Virus record (IMG/VR): IMGVR_UViG_3300026536_000001
Span: 1-59,586 of that record
DNA: 59,586 nt
Direction: 5' to 3' (one strand)
DNA from: a virus
Lineage: Duplodnaviria > Caudoviricetes
In this document: one piece after another, positions 40,541 to 51,589 of the stretch
Numbering within the stretch: position 1 is the stretch's first letter
Layout of the letters: the number at the start of each line of letters is the position of its first letter
The notes under the pieces: generated by a model
Seen by the model: only the letters and a program-made list of their open reading frames with translations
Database searches by the model: none
What the model was told of the DNA's origin: nothing
Translations under genes and position numbers: made by a program

Positions 40541-41115
40541 AGACTTGCGCCATTTGTAACACTTCGTTCAACACACGCTGGTCATTCCAGGTCTACTGCT
40601 CGAAGGAGTGTCTCGCGGAATCTGGCCGTCGCAACGCGAAGAGGTGGCAACACGACAACTATGAACGAGCTATTGCGCGGATCAAGAAGTGGAGGGAGGC
40701 GAATCCTGAAAAGGTGAAGTCCTATGAAGCGAAATTGCCTATCGAGCGGCGACGTGAGATCAAACGCAACTATGCTCGTCGTCATCTAGCCGAGATCCAT
40801 GAGAAATCACGTATCTGGCGTCACCTGAACCCGGAGAAGGCTCAAGCGCAGAGCAAACGGTACCGGACTCGGAGAAAGGAAGCTGGAGGCCGGTTTTCGG
40901 ATGCAGAGTGGAACCTTTTGCTTTGGGTCTTCAAAGGTCGGTGTGCTTATTGCTGGCAGGTTCCGGACCGGTTGGAAACAGACCACATCATTCCGCTCTC
41001 TAAAGGAGGTACCAATGACATTGAAAACATCCTCCCTGTTTGCAAGCAATGTAATGCCCAAAAAGGGGTGCGCGTAATCCACCCACTCGACGAGGAACTC
41101 CTTATATGTCAATAA
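40537..41115 (+). CDS. HNH endonuclease
   Basis: CAYC..DHIIPLSKGGTNDIENILPVCKQCN. Confidence 0.9.
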   Translation: MKTCAICNTSFNTRWSFQVYCSKECLAESGRRNAKRWQHDNYERAIARIKKWREANPEKVKSYEAKLPIERRREIKRNYARRHLAEIHEKSRIWRHLNPEKAQAQSKRYRTRRKEAGGRFSDAEWNLLLWVFKGRCAYCWQVPDRLETDHIIPLSKGGTNDIENILPVCKQCNAQKGVRVIHPLDEELLICQ

Positions 41116-42224
41116 TTTGTGGAGACGGATTCGACCACTACTTCAACGGCGGGGCTCCCGGAAGCCCCCTTGCTCAAAAATGGGATGTGGTCATCGGCAG
41201 CGGCATCCCCCAGATCGTGCCCAACGACGATGACGCCCAGACCGGCCGCTTCGGAACCAACGCCATGAAACTGCGAACCGATCCGGCGCGGTATGTCCAG
41301 CGGAACCTGCCGAATCTCGCGACCTTCGGGCTGGGCTTTGCCATCCGTCCCACCGTCATGACCATCTTCTCCTATCCGATTGTGGAGTTCCGTGATTCTA
41401 GCCTCCGCCAATTGACCCTGAACCTCCGCTCCGATCTGAGGCTGGAGATCCGCAATTATAACGGAGCCAATAATCCCGTCTCCACACTCGCGATTTCCGA
41501 TACGTCACTCATTGGCAACACCTGGAACTACGTTCAAGTCAAGGTCACTTTCAACGCGACCACCGGGAGTGTCGAGGTGCGCTTCGGAGATGTCACCGTC
41601 ATCAATGTCTCCCCCGTCGTCACCCGCAACACCGCGAGCGTCTTGAACGGCATCACCAACTTCATTTTTGGCTCCTCCACCGATGGCGGCTCTAGCGAAG
41701 CCTATTATATCGACGATGTGATCTGCTGGGACACGGCCGGTGGGATTCACGACGACTTTCTCGGCGACGTGCATATCCAAGCCCTCCTGCCCGACGCCGA
41801 CGGTCCCGTGACCCAGTGGACTCCGCAAGGCGCGGGAGCCAATTATCAATGTGTGAACGAAAACCCTCCCGACGGCGATACGACCTATGTGGAGTCCTCC
41901 ACTTCCGGCAATAAGGATCTCTATCACTTCCCGGATGTTTCTCCGCCCAACCCGTCTCAGGCCCGGATTGTGGCGGTGTTGCAGAATATCGACTGCCGGA
42001 AGACCGGAGGGGGAACAGAACCCATCCAGGCCACCTGCCGGTCCAACACCAGCGATTTCGACGCGCCGTCCAGTTTCGAGCCGGGTTCCGACTATCATAT
42101 TTTCCAGTTCCAGAACTTCACAGTCTGGGAGACGGACCCAGATGCCGGTGTGGAGTGGGACATCGCCCGGTTGAACGACGCCAACGCGGCGACCCGGGCT
42201 TATTTTGGCCATAAATTACCGTAG
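41106..42224 (+). CDS. virion protein, ConA/LamG-like fold probable
   Basis: DGFDHY, WNYVQVKV, YYIDDVI motifs. Confidence 0.6.
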   Translation: MSIICGDGFDHYFNGGAPGSPLAQKWDVVIGSGIPQIVPNDDDAQTGRFGTNAMKLRTDPARYVQRNLPNLATFGLGFAIRPTVMTIFSYPIVEFRDSSLRQLTLNLRSDLRLEIRNYNGANNPVSTLAISDTSLIGNTWNYVQVKVTFNATTGSVEVRFGDVTVINVSPVVTRNTASVLNGITNFIFGSSTDGGSSEAYYIDDVICWDTAGGIHDDFLGDVHIQALLPDADGPVTQWTPQGAGANYQCVNENPPDGDTTYVESSTSGNKDLYHFPDVSPPNPSQARIVAVLQNIDCRKTGGGTEPIQATCRSNTSDFDAPSSFEPGSDYHIFQFQNFTVWETDPDAGVEWDIARLNDANAATRAYFGHKLP

Positions 42225-42232
42225 GATAAACG

Positions 42233-42616
42233 ATGACCGATCGTGTCAGTCAAAACGGCCGCGAAGATATTCTCCAGAGCACCACGGCCGACACGACTCA
42301 AGAGAGTCGCGAAGACGTGATTCAGAGTACGGATGCGTTGGTTACTCAAGATGGTATCGAGCTGGCCGAACAAAGCGGCAAGGTTCAAGTCACTCAGGAT
42401 ATTATCGAACTGGCCGAGGCCGTGTCGGTCAACCCGCCTATTCGAGTGACCGAGGAGGCTCTGGAGGTCGCTGATATCAGCCGGACTGCCATCGTGACTC
42501 AAGAGGCTTTGGAAATTGCCAATCGCAGCCTGAGATCCCGGGTGACTCAGGATATTCTCGAACTGGTCTGGGCCCATACCCAACCCGCGCTCGGCTCGAT
42601 CTGGGTCATCCATTGA
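42233..42616 (+). CDS. repeat protein (VTQ(D/E)xxE repeats)
   Basis: ~7 repeats of ~16 aa. Confidence 0.6.
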   Translation: MTDRVSQNGREDILQSTTADTTQESREDVIQSTDALVTQDGIELAEQSGKVQVTQDIIELAEAVSVNPPIRVTEEALEVADISRTAIVTQEALEIANRSLRSRVTQDILELVWAHTQPALGSIWVIH

Positions 42617-42638
42617 CCATGTTAAGGAGGAGGACGAT

Positions 42639-43085
42639 GTGTCCTACATCTCATCACGCTTTTTCACCGCACGCTTCTTCGGGGCGTTGTTCTTCGGCAC
42701 TCCCGCCGAGCTGGTCCAGGTGACGGCGATGGGTAATCCTTTAGCCGTTCGTTCCTGGTATAGCGGGTTGTTGACCGATATTGTGAGTCCGATCGATCTG
42801 GCCACTCTGGTTAAAGACTTATACGCCGGTCTGCCCCAGCCGCTCCTGGTCGCCGATATCACGGCCTCGGAGCTGAAGATCCTGGCCCCGGCCGCCAATA
42901 CGAAAAACGTGCTGGTCGGCGACGAGCAGTTGGGGATTGTGAACTTCGGCGACTCGATCGCTCCTGCGGCCACCCGCGAATGGGGGCCGTTCAATGTCTC
43001 CCGTATCCCACTCGCCAATATCTTCGTCATGTCGGCGGATGGGGTGACACCCGTAGCCTTGGGGATTCAAGCCTTCGTGGGTTAA
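42639..43085 (+). CDS. virion-associated protein
   Basis: SD AGGAGG. Confidence 0.55.
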   Translation: MSYISSRFFTARFFGALFFGTPAELVQVTAMGNPLAVRSWYSGLLTDIVSPIDLATLVKDLYAGLPQPLLVADITASELKILAPAANTKNVLVGDEQLGIVNFGDSIAPAATREWGPFNVSRIPLANIFVMSADGVTPVALGIQAFVG

Positions 43086-43090
43086 AACAT

Positions 43091-43516
43091 ATGGTTGCCA
43101 TTCTCCGTCCACCCACACTCCGCGGGACTCCAGACGAAGATCAGGAGAACGCCAACTATGCGGTGGAGATCCACAACGCTATTCTTCAGCTTGATCAGAA
43201 GCAGCAGCAACTCGACAAGACGCTAAAGTCAGTCCAGACGGCCATGGCACCCGCGACAGCAACAGCGGCTCCAGCTCCAGTCGCAGCTCCATCCGGGCAT
43301 GTGGTTTCCAGTTTCAGTATTGTCGGGCCGCCGACCTCGGCGCTGATCTGGATCATCACGCATAATCTAGGAACCACGAATGTCCTGGTTCAGATCCGCC
43401 GGGTGTCCAACGGTCAACTAGTCACCCCGAACGTCCATGTAATCGACGCCAATGCCATCCGGGTCATCGTTCCAGGCGGATCGACGAATGCGTTTGTGGC
43501 GGTGATTCATGGCTGA
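43091..43516 (+). CDS. tail fibre-associated protein
   Basis: WIITHNLGT..VLVQI motif. Confidence 0.55.
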   Translation: MVAILRPPTLRGTPDEDQENANYAVEIHNAILQLDQKQQQLDKTLKSVQTAMAPATATAAPAPVAAPSGHVVSSFSIVGPPTSALIWIITHNLGTTNVLVQIRRVSNGQLVTPNVHVIDANAIRVIVPGGSTNAFVAVIHG

Positions 43517-44657
43517 CATCTTCTTTGAGCGGCCTCAAGTCAACGGTGTGGATGTCGCCCTCACGTCGGATATCGCCGAGCTCCGCAATCTCGTGCTAGG
43601 ACTCATGGAGCATACCGAAGAGACTTCGCCGGAGATCGGACTTCCCGGACCGAAAGGGGATAGCGGACCCCCAGGCCCGACGGGTCCTGCGGGCAGCAGC
43701 TCCACCACGGCAGGCCCTCCAGGCTGGGATGCCGACGATCCCGGCGAGCCTCTCATGATTCCAGGCCCGTGTGGCCCTACAGGTCCGCAAGGCCCCACCG
43801 GCCTCCCAGGCCCTCCCGGTCTAGACGCCGACCCTCCGGAGGAACCGCTCATGACGGGCTACATGCCAGTATCGCCCGGCGGCACCACAAAGTTCCTGCG
43901 CGCCGATCTGACTTGGGCCAGTCCTTCCGCGGGCTCCGGCGGCAGCATCCAATACGGAACACGTGCGAGCCTCCCGGCCGCCAACACCGTGTCCGCGGGG
44001 ACGCTCTATCTGTGTACGGATTCACCCTATTCCTATCTGAGTGACGGATCGAACTGGCAAGCGTACATCTATGGCTACGCTGTCGTGGAGCCATCAGGTC
44101 TCACTAAAATCAACAGTGGTCCAACAACGACATTGAACACGACCTATGGGGGGTATCTCTTCTATTGCGCCTCGTCCGGGGACCAGGTCGTGAGCTATGT
44201 GATGGCTGTGACGCCATCCAACACGTTGAAGGTGACGCTCGGGTTCTTGGGCGCGAAACAGTGCGGTGTTGTCATCTACAACAGCAACAACAACAAGGTC
44301 TACTTCTTCCGCGTCATCGGCAACGGAGCCCCGTCCCCCACTACCGGGGGGTCCGTCTACAAGACCCTCTACACGAGCGACGGGGCCTCGGTCAGCAGCC
44401 CCAATGCCCAGCAGTCGGCCATCGGGTACTTAGGCTGGCCCTACGCCGCTTTCTACGTCAAGTTTGACGCGACCAATTTCTATGTCGGGACCACCCTTGG
44501 ACCTGACGACTCTATTCCGGCGCTGGAGTATCAAATTTGTTCGGAAGCCCTAGCTACCAACATTGGGACCAATTACACCCACGTGGGTTTCGGCGTGAAC
44601 AACAGCGGAGCCGACCAGTGGATCTGGGCGCAGCATTTGAAGATCGTGAGCACATGA
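43509..44657 (+). CDS. collagen-like tail fibre
   Basis: GXY repeats, [11 protein letters not shown] motif. Confidence 0.75.
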   Translation: MADIFFERPQVNGVDVALTSDIAELRNLVLGLMEHTEETSPEIGLPGPKGDSGPPGPTGPAGSSSTTAGPPGWDADDPGEPLMIPGPCGPTGPQGPTGLPGPPGLDADPPEEPLMTGYMPVSPGGTTKFLRADLTWASPSAGSGGSIQYGTRASLPAANTVSAGTLYLCTDSPYSYLSDGSNWQAYIYGYAVVEPSGLTKINSGPTTTLNTTYGGYLFYCASSGDQVVSYVMAVTPSNTLKVTLGFLGAKQCGVVIYNSNNNKVYFFRVIGNGAPSPTTGGSVYKTLYTSDGASVSSPNAQQSAIGYLGWPYAAFYVKFDATNFYVGTTLGPDDSIPALEYQICSEALATNIGTNYTHVGFGVNNSGADQWIWAQHLKIVST

Positions 44658-44861
44658 GGAGGTATGGATGAAATGGGAATACGAATGTATCGTGACCTGC
44701 CTCAAGGCGTCGGAGGGAGGACCGGGTGGCATCTGGGCGACACTGAATAATAGCGAGAGCGGCTTCGAGCTGAGAGTGTTCTTCGAGAAGACCGACTGGA
44801 GTGTGGGTCAGAAGATCAAAGTCTACGTGCAGACGGAGACATAATTGCGGGGGTGATCTGA

Positions 44862-45188
44862 ATGGCACGCATACCGAAGAGACTGGCGGGACCGGCGCTG
44901 GTGAGCAATGCCGCGGCAACGAAATACACTGTGCCTGCGCTCACAAAAACGGTGATCCGACATATTCACGTCTCGAATCCCACTGCTTCAGCGGTGACTT
45001 TCACTCTATCGATCGGCGCGGACGCAGCAGGGGTCCGATTATTTGATGCTTACTCGATAGCGGCAGGTGCAGTTCTCGATCACTATTGCTATTATATCCT
45101 GGATGTGGCTGAGATTATTCAGGCATTGGCAGGGACGACGAACGTGCTAACCTTAACGGTGGACGGTGATGAAATCGTTTTGGGTTGA
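44862..45188 (+). CDS. virion-associated protein
   Basis: YTVPA..IHVSN motif. Confidence 0.6.
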   Translation: MARIPKRLAGPALVSNAAATKYTVPALTKTVIRHIHVSNPTASAVTFTLSIGADAAGVRLFDAYSIAAGAVLDHYCYYILDVAEIIQALAGTTNVLTLTVDGDEIVLG

Positions 45189-45205
45189 GCGTGTTAGGTT
45201 ATTTC

Positions 45206-45302
45206 TGAAGACGAGGTGCGACGTGTTACGCCCGTGATCCGAACCGATATGAGGTGAAGTCGAGCAGTGATGTGCGATGCAGCGATACGGGACGAAGCCG
45301 AG
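45206..45302 (+). ncRNA. YG-NNN guide cassette, 2 units, enclosed by a 13-bp inverted repeat
   Basis: handles TGAAGACGAG, TGAAGTCGAG, CGAAGCCGAG; IR 45190-45202/45311-45323. Confidence 0.75.
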
Positions 45303-45342
45303 CAACTAACATAACCTAACACGTTCGATCCAGAGGTGAAAA

Positions 45343-45912
45343 GTGGCCGACTGGAAACATGACCCGACCATAAAATACGGGTATGACATCCTCAAGCAAC
45401 TCGGAGGCGAACAAACCGATCTCGGCCGCCAAACTACCGCTCAAGGCGTCGGGATACTCGGGCCAGTATCCGACTACTTCCGCCGTTTGCTCGGAGGCGA
45501 CACCAATGCTTTAATGCAAGCCATCGGTCCCGAAGCCGACATTATTGGCCAACAATTCAACGCCATCCGTCAGATGATTTCTCAGCAGCCTCGGGGTGGC
45601 GGCAAAACCTCCCAACTGGCCCAACTCCCCATCGAACAGTCGCGCGAACTCTCCGGTCTCGTCGGACAAGCTCGGCGCGGAGCTCCAGCGGGTTTAGAAC
45701 AGATCGCTGGACTGCTCTCCCAACTCGGTGAACAGGAGACGGGACGTGGGTTTGCGGCTGGACCAGAGCTGGCTCAAATCGGCCTTTATGGACGGCAACA
45801 GGACTACGAACAATCGTGGGGACGGTTCTTCAAACAGCTCGCTGTCGGGGCGGTTGGAGGGGCGGGTGAAGGACTCGGCCTCGGCATCGCCAAACACTTC
45901 AAATTATTTTAG
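45343..45912 (+). CDS. DNA ejection/pilot-like protein
   Basis: Gly/Gln-rich helical protein, end of late operon. Confidence 0.55.
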   Translation: MADWKHDPTIKYGYDILKQLGGEQTDLGRQTTAQGVGILGPVSDYFRRLLGGDTNALMQAIGPEADIIGQQFNAIRQMISQQPRGGGKTSQLAQLPIEQSRELSGLVGQARRGAPAGLEQIAGLLSQLGEQETGRGFAAGPELAQIGLYGRQQDYEQSWGRFFKQLAVGAVGGAGEGLGLGIAKHFKLF

Positions 45913-45914
45913 TT

Positions 45915-47921
45915 ATGGGATTTTTAACCAACCTCGTCCGTGAAAAAGCCAAGAAGCAATTCGACGAAACGATCAGCGAAGGTGATAAGCTCCGATTTTT
46001 GATCGAGAACCATCCCGATCCAGAGATGAAGGGCAGATCCGCCGAAGCCCTCGTCAAACATTCCGGATTATCCGCCAAAGAAGGCCAGAATCTCCTCGCC
46101 CTCATGACCCACTTATCGAGTTCGATAGGACAAGGAGGCGAACAGCAGGTATCCGACACCGGAGGACCGCCGATGCTGTCGAAAGTGGCCGGTCCGGAAG
46201 CATCCACTACTGAGGAACTCCCTCCTGTCGCGCCTCCAGCCGGTCCATCTGGAGGTGGTTTCGTCCCGCTCCCTTCAACCACCTATGGCCAGGCCACACC
46301 CCGACCTATACCTGAAGGCGCTCGACCAACAGGCGATTGGCTCGCCGGAGAGTACGAGAGCGCCAACCCCGGCGGTGGACAGGTCCCTCTCCAACCTCGT
46401 GGCGATCCGGGATTGGAACGGATGGCCACCCCTACAGCCACTCCTCCACGCGAAAAAGGACCGGGATTCTTCGGGAGTCTTGGCCGGATTGGATTAGAGA
46501 CTCTAGCCGGTGGTCTCTCTCAAGGGCTCACCGTTCGCGAACAACTCCAACGCGAAGCCGAGACTCGTCAGGCCGAAACCCGGAGGAAGGAACTCGAACA
46601 GCAGGCTGGACTACGGCGAGAGGAGATGGGCTATGAATCTCAACTCCGTACTCAAGAGGCTGTCAATCCTCAAGTCCGTCAAGCCAGAATCGACGATGCG
46701 GTCAACAGTTATGTCCGGCAGCGGCAGGCAGAAGAGAAGCTCAACGATATTCAAGCCGGTAAGTTGAAGGTCAAGTACAAAAATTACATCCAGGAAGAGA
46801 TGGGTAAACTCCGACCTGGAGAATCCGATGATGATGCGTACCGCCGGGCCACCATGAAGATCAACGCCGAAACGGGTAAGGCGGCCTTCTACCCTCCGCC
46901 CACACCTCTCCGCGGCGACCGCTTTGCCGTCCCCGATGACCCAGCAAATCGACAAGGGGGGTGGCATTGGATGGAACGGGTGGGTGCGACAGCCGTCCCG
47001 GTTATCGATGAAACGACGGGCAGGCCATTGGCGGCTCCCATCCCAGCGTCCGAGAAACCACCGCTGGCCCCAGCGAATGTCCGGAGTGCGTTGTGGGTCC
47101 AGTCGCATCTGGCCGATCCCGATCCCCAAGTCCGTGCGGCAGCCAAACAATTGAACGATCGGGCCAACGCGGCGATTCAAGCTGCAGCGACTCAAGCCTT
47201 AGACCCGGAAACCTTACGCTTTTTAGCCGAACGTTCCTTGATTACCGGCAACGATCCCACTTTCGGCTTCGGTACAGCCGCGTCCAAGAACCGGACACAG
47301 TTTTTTATGGCTCAGGCCCAACTCGCTAGGGAGTCCGGCAACACCACAGCGGAGCTGATTGCCAATCAGAACATGGCGAAGGCAGCCCGGCAGGATCTCC
47401 CACGGATGCAGTTGCTCCTATCCCAAACCAGAGTGAACGAGGGAGCGGCCGAAGGGTATTTCAACCTTCTCACTAAAGAAGCGGGCCCTCGGATGGATGC
47501 GGAATCGTGGTCACTCGCTGTACCAGCGTTGGACTCTTGGATACGGACAGGAGTGGTGAAAGCAACAGGGAATCCCGCCGTCAACAACTATTTAACAGGT
47601 CTGACGGAAGCCCTAACCGAGTACGCCAAAGTTGTTGCTGGCCAGACTACAGGAGCAGCAGTAACCCAGGAGGCCAACCGGCAGGCACAGGGACTCATTG
47701 ACCGCGGATTATCCACGGAAAGCGTCAACGATTGGGTAGAGCATATTGCCAAGCCCTTCATGAAGAAGCGGGAGACCGAATATCAGGAGGAGATCAACAA
47801 TCTCCGGCAAATTAGCGGACAAGTGGGTGGCGTTGGACAGGGACGCGCTCCAGTTACGCCTGGTGGAGATGGGACCGCACCCAAGACGGCTGAAGAACTA
47901 CTTAAAGCTCTGGGCCGGTAG
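45915..47921 (+). CDS. internal virion/ejection protein
   Basis: 668 aa, position. Confidence 0.55.
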   Translation: MGFLTNLVREKAKKQFDETISEGDKLRFLIENHPDPEMKGRSAEALVKHSGLSAKEGQNLLALMTHLSSSIGQGGEQQVSDTGGPPMLSKVAGPEASTTEELPPVAPPAGPSGGGFVPLPSTTYGQATPRPIPEGARPTGDWLAGEYESANPGGGQVPLQPRGDPGLERMATPTATPPREKGPGFFGSLGRIGLETLAGGLSQGLTVREQLQREAETRQAETRRKELEQQAGLRREEMGYESQLRTQEAVNPQVRQARIDDAVNSYVRQRQAEEKLNDIQAGKLKVKYKNYIQEEMGKLRPGESDDDAYRRATMKINAETGKAAFYPPPTPLRGDRFAVPDDPANRQGGWHWMERVGATAVPVIDETTGRPLAAPIPASEKPPLAPANVRSALWVQSHLADPDPQVRAAAKQLNDRANAAIQAAATQALDPETLRFLAERSLITGNDPTFGFGTAASKNRTQFFMAQAQLARESGNTTAELIANQNMAKAARQDLPRMQLLLSQTRVNEGAAEGYFNLLTKEAGPRMDAESWSLAVPALDSWIRTGVVKATGNPAVNNYLTGLTEALTEYAKVVAGQTTGAAVTQEANRQAQGLIDRGLSTESVNDWVEHIAKPFMKKRETEYQEEINNLRQISGQVGGVGQGRAPVTPGGDGTAPKTAEELLKALGR

Positions 47922-47926
47922 GACCA

Positions 47927-50017
47927 ATGGCACAAGATATCCAGACCATGTTGGATGATCCGAGATTCCACGGCCTCCCCGCGCCGGAACGCATCAAGTT
48001 TCTGAACACGGTTTATCCCGAGTTCAGATCACTACCGGACGCCGAGAAGCTGAAGTTTGTAACCTCGCCACGTTTATCTCCAAAGAAGCGGCCGATTGGG
48101 GCCACCGGCACATTCACTGAACCTACCCGGACCGAGGTGGCTCTACGCACCGCTTTAGGCCCGTTCGCCCGGCTTGGTGCCGGTGTCGTGGATGCGGCTA
48201 AAGCGACTGTCCATATGCCTCTGGATATTGCCCGTGCTGCTGGACAACCACCCCAAACAGAGCGTGAGAAACTCGCGGCTGCCTCGGCCGGTGGACTGGG
48301 ACTCCTTGGCGAACGACTCATTGCTCGTCCGACCATGGAGTCCTACGAATCGGCTAAAAAAGCGACCTCCCCATGGCGAGCTGCCGTTGCGGGCACCGGA
48401 ATGGTCCCGCTTGTGGGTCCCCCGGCGCGCCACATCGGAGAGCGGCTGCTGAGCGGTGATATCGCTGGAGCGATGGGCGAGGCTCTTGTCCTGTATCTCC
48501 TGCCAAAGACAGTAGGCGAAGCGAAGACGAGCTATCTCAAACCCCTCAAGTACCCGGAAACCGATACAGCCGTCACGAAATCGTCGATCGATGATCTCTC
48601 TTCGGTGATCCGTCCTGGAGTGAAGGCCGTCCCGCTCCAGCCCACGGCTCTTGCCGGTCAACCTCTGCTCAAACAAGTGGCTCAGGAAGCCAATTTCAAT
48701 CCCCTCCTCAACCTCGCGATCAAGCGGGAGACGGTGCCACCCGGAGACGCGTTTGGCGATCTCTATCGTGGCGGAACCGAAGCCCAAACCCGGCTAGTAT
48801 CCCAGAGACTCGGAGTGGAATACAATCCGGCCGATCCGACGCCGATCCCTTTAATGTTTGCCGATCGCGCGGTGGACATCGCCCAACGTCCGATGGATCG
48901 GATCGTCAACTATTTCGCGAATGAAGACGCCGCTGCGGTTCGTGACGCTATTGTCAAAGGATTGGAGGAGCGCGCTTCAGCCACTCCCGACAGCGCCTTG
49001 AAATCCAACTACGCCCACCTGATTCAAGAGGTATGGGCCAAATCACCCAACGTGGCCGGGATGAACGCCTTGAAAGTCTACGCGAACAAGGAGTCGGCCA
49101 GGCTGTATCGGATGTTTCCTGGAGCTCAGATCCAAGCCACGGCGACACCGATTCAAGCCTTCAAGGATCTCGGCGATCTGGTCCGATCCAACTTATACCC
49201 CTTTCTCCAACAAAAAGGGGCCGCCAATTTGTTCGAGTTCGGCCGTCAGGAAGCGGTGGCTATCGCTATGAGGGACGGGATTTACCAATCGTGGACCGAA
49301 GCTGCGATCCGGCAAGTCGCCGACGACCGGCAGGGTTATCTCGATTGGGTCACTTCCGGCCACAGCGATACCCTGCGGTTCGCTTTAACCGAGCGTTCAG
49401 CGGCGACGGTCGGCATGGCTGGACGCTTCTTCAAGGGAAAACCCAACCCATTAGGTGATTTCAACAAAGCCTTTCGCAACGGGATCGGATCGACGGGCGG
49501 GTTTGTCCCTCATCCCGCTCTCTCACGCCGTCCGAAGTTCTGGCCCGATCCACTCACGGGTCGTGGCGAACGCGGACAGCTTCCGATGGGACCGACACCA
49601 CCGATAGAAGGAGGACCACCCACATACCAGGAACCGCTCTGGAGAGAACCCTCTGTGGGCGGGCCACGCGGGCCACAAGGACCTCCCGGCGAGGAGTATC
49701 GAGCGGATATCCGCCGCCGTCAGATCTGGCGCGAAGGGGCCGAGCCGAAGCCCAAAGGCCAACTCTCTCTAGAAAAGGGAATTCCGCCCAAGCTATTCGG
49801 GATCGAACAGACGCCGTTCCGCTGGCAACCCGCCCAGCGTGAAACCTACACCCTCAAAGATCTCAATGACATGGGACGCGAAATCATGGACTATCTGAGC
49901 AAAAACCAGCCCCGACCCAAAGTCCGCCAAGAACTCATGAGCGACCTGATCGCGATCCGGCGCGAGATCAACCGGCGTATGGCTGCCCGGAAGGCTGGTC
50001 CCAGTATGAACTTCTAA
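47927..50017 (+). CDS. internal virion/ejection protein
   Basis: 696 aa, position. Confidence 0.55.
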   Translation: MAQDIQTMLDDPRFHGLPAPERIKFLNTVYPEFRSLPDAEKLKFVTSPRLSPKKRPIGATGTFTEPTRTEVALRTALGPFARLGAGVVDAAKATVHMPLDIARAAGQPPQTEREKLAAASAGGLGLLGERLIARPTMESYESAKKATSPWRAAVAGTGMVPLVGPPARHIGERLLSGDIAGAMGEALVLYLLPKTVGEAKTSYLKPLKYPETDTAVTKSSIDDLSSVIRPGVKAVPLQPTALAGQPLLKQVAQEANFNPLLNLAIKRETVPPGDAFGDLYRGGTEAQTRLVSQRLGVEYNPADPTPIPLMFADRAVDIAQRPMDRIVNYFANEDAAAVRDAIVKGLEERASATPDSALKSNYAHLIQEVWAKSPNVAGMNALKVYANKESARLYRMFPGAQIQATATPIQAFKDLGDLVRSNLYPFLQQKGAANLFEFGRQEAVAIAMRDGIYQSWTEAAIRQVADDRQGYLDWVTSGHSDTLRFALTERSAATVGMAGRFFKGKPNPLGDFNKAFRNGIGSTGGFVPHPALSRRPKFWPDPLTGRGERGQLPMGPTPPIEGGPPTYQEPLWREPSVGGPRGPQGPPGEEYRADIRRRQIWREGAEPKPKGQLSLEKGIPPKLFGIEQTPFRWQPAQRETYTLKDLNDMGREIMDYLSKNQPRPKVRQELMSDLIAIRREINRRMAARKAGPSMNF

Positions 50018-50405
50018 CGTCTCCGGAGCACGTCTAGGATAGAGGTTCCAAATAGGTCCGCAATCCAGCCCGCGATAAATAGAAGAACCATGAGTAGAAC
50101 CCAACCTACAAATAAAGCTGCTGCAATCGTTACGATCACTCGACTTCACCTCACTTCATCCATAACCCTATTTGCGGTGGCCGGACTCGATACCGGCTGG
50201 TGGCGCTTCCGCTGGCAATGATTCGGATTTCTTAATCGCCGTATCAAGGAGCCTCTCTTCGGCGAAACGCCAGTCTGGACCCTTTAACCCTGTCCGGTAC
50301 TCCGGTTACCTGCTCCTAACGGTTTGCGCTCACTCTCCATTCGCTCCCCCTACTGCTAGAGGGACCTCGCTAGGTCTGTGTGTCCTGTCCACACCGCACC
50401 GCAAA

Positions 50406-50640
50406 CTCGACTTCATCTCACCACATTCCGGCTCGCCGCAAAACTCGGCTTCGTTTCAGCTCGTCGCAAACCACTACACACCAAGACGATTCTCGAATTC
50501 GTCTCGCTTCGTGACAACTCGTAACACCGCAATGCGATTCTCGGATTCGTCTCGTTCCAGATCGTCTCGCCTCACGTCGCCACAAATCACCACTCGGCTT
50601 CGTCTCGTCTCGACTCGGCTCACATCGCCGCTCGGCTTCA
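50406..50640 (-). ncRNA. YG-NNN guide cassette, 5 units
   Basis: handles 50406, 50444, 50492, 50540, 50593, 50631. Confidence 0.85.
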
Positions 50641-51015
50641 CACGGTCATGGCCGGTATCGTCGGCAACGGGATCTCCGGATCAGGCTTCTCCTCCGGCTG
50701 CAAGATTGAACCCAGGTCCGCAATGGTCGCCACATGCCGGACGGTATTTCCGCGGATCAGTAGCAAACCACCGCAATGAAAACAGTTCGCCCAGTTTCCC
50801 GTCGCTGCAATCGGGTTCAACTGGGTCTCCCGGACATCGTGATTGGCTCGAACATGGACCGGCGACGGCTTCCGGGTTTGAGGCTTCCCCTTCCGGAGAG
50901 AACCCGCTTGATTCGCGTGCCAGCGTTCATGTGCGGCCAACCCTCTTATATCTATTGGTTTAGCGCAGATCGAACACGGCACTCGACGCATTATTATTTT
51001 TGTTTTTGCCTTCAT
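50638..51015 (-). CDS. C2H2 zinc-finger protein
   Basis: CSIC..HERWH; CFHC. Confidence 0.6.
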   Translation of the reverse strand: MKAKTKIIMRRVPCSICAKPIDIRGLAAHERWHANQAGSLRKGKPQTRKPSPVHVRANHDVRETQLNPIAATGNWANCFHCGGLLLIRGNTVRHVATIADLGSILQPEEKPDPEIPLPTIPAMTV

Positions 51016-51199
51016 ATCTATCCTCTCGCGGCCTCATCGACGTCTTTGGTTTCGAGGATCGCTTTGCCTTCCCTTTTGTACATCGCACAAGCTGGTGTCT
51101 CACACCACAGCTCGACGACAGGAACTTTTCCTTCACCGTGAGCAATCGCCATCTGACCCCAGCACGATGGGCACAGAAACGTAGGTTTGAGCCAGACTT

Positions 51200-51550
51200 T
51201 CACGGTTTCAGCACCTCGAAAAACGCCTGCTGCCAGTAGCCCTCGCCGGTCACGTAAGACTTCTCGATCACATCCGGTGGGACACCGTTTTCCAGGAGCA
51301 GTTCTCGCTTGATGGAACGGCGGCCTTTCACCCACGTCGATCGGAATCCGATACCGTTATTTTTCACTCCCTGAATCCCGTTCATCGTACAGACATTCGA
51401 TAACCCGGCTTTGATCTCGTTCAGACGTTCGATCTTCGACTTGATCTCTCGATCCAGGGCGAACCCTTCGTCCAACAACGCTACGGCCTCTTTGGCGTCG
51501 CCAACGTTGAGTGTTCCAAACACTGGCTCGACTTCGGTTTGTTCTTTCAT
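51200..51550 (-). CDS. hypothetical protein
   Basis: 116 aa; matched by adjacent guide. Confidence 0.7.
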   Translation of the reverse strand: MKEQTEVEPVFGTLNVGDAKEAVALLDEGFALDREIKSKIERLNEIKAGLSNVCTMNGIQGVKNNGIGFRSTWVKGRRSIKRELLLENGVPPDVIEKSYVTGEGYWQQAFFEVLKP

Positions 51551-51589
51551 AAACGTTTCCTATTCGTATCGGGGCGACCCCCTCTGGTA

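Noticed and set aside
43509-44657. Diversity-generating retroelement target
   Set aside because: No reverse transcriptase or template repeat seen
45206-45302. Targets for the two units at 45.2 kb
   Set aside because: Best matches were 3-4 residues only
50139-50165. Extra cassette at 50139 (handle plus 2-3 pentamers)
   Set aside because: Truncated or degenerate; too short to decode
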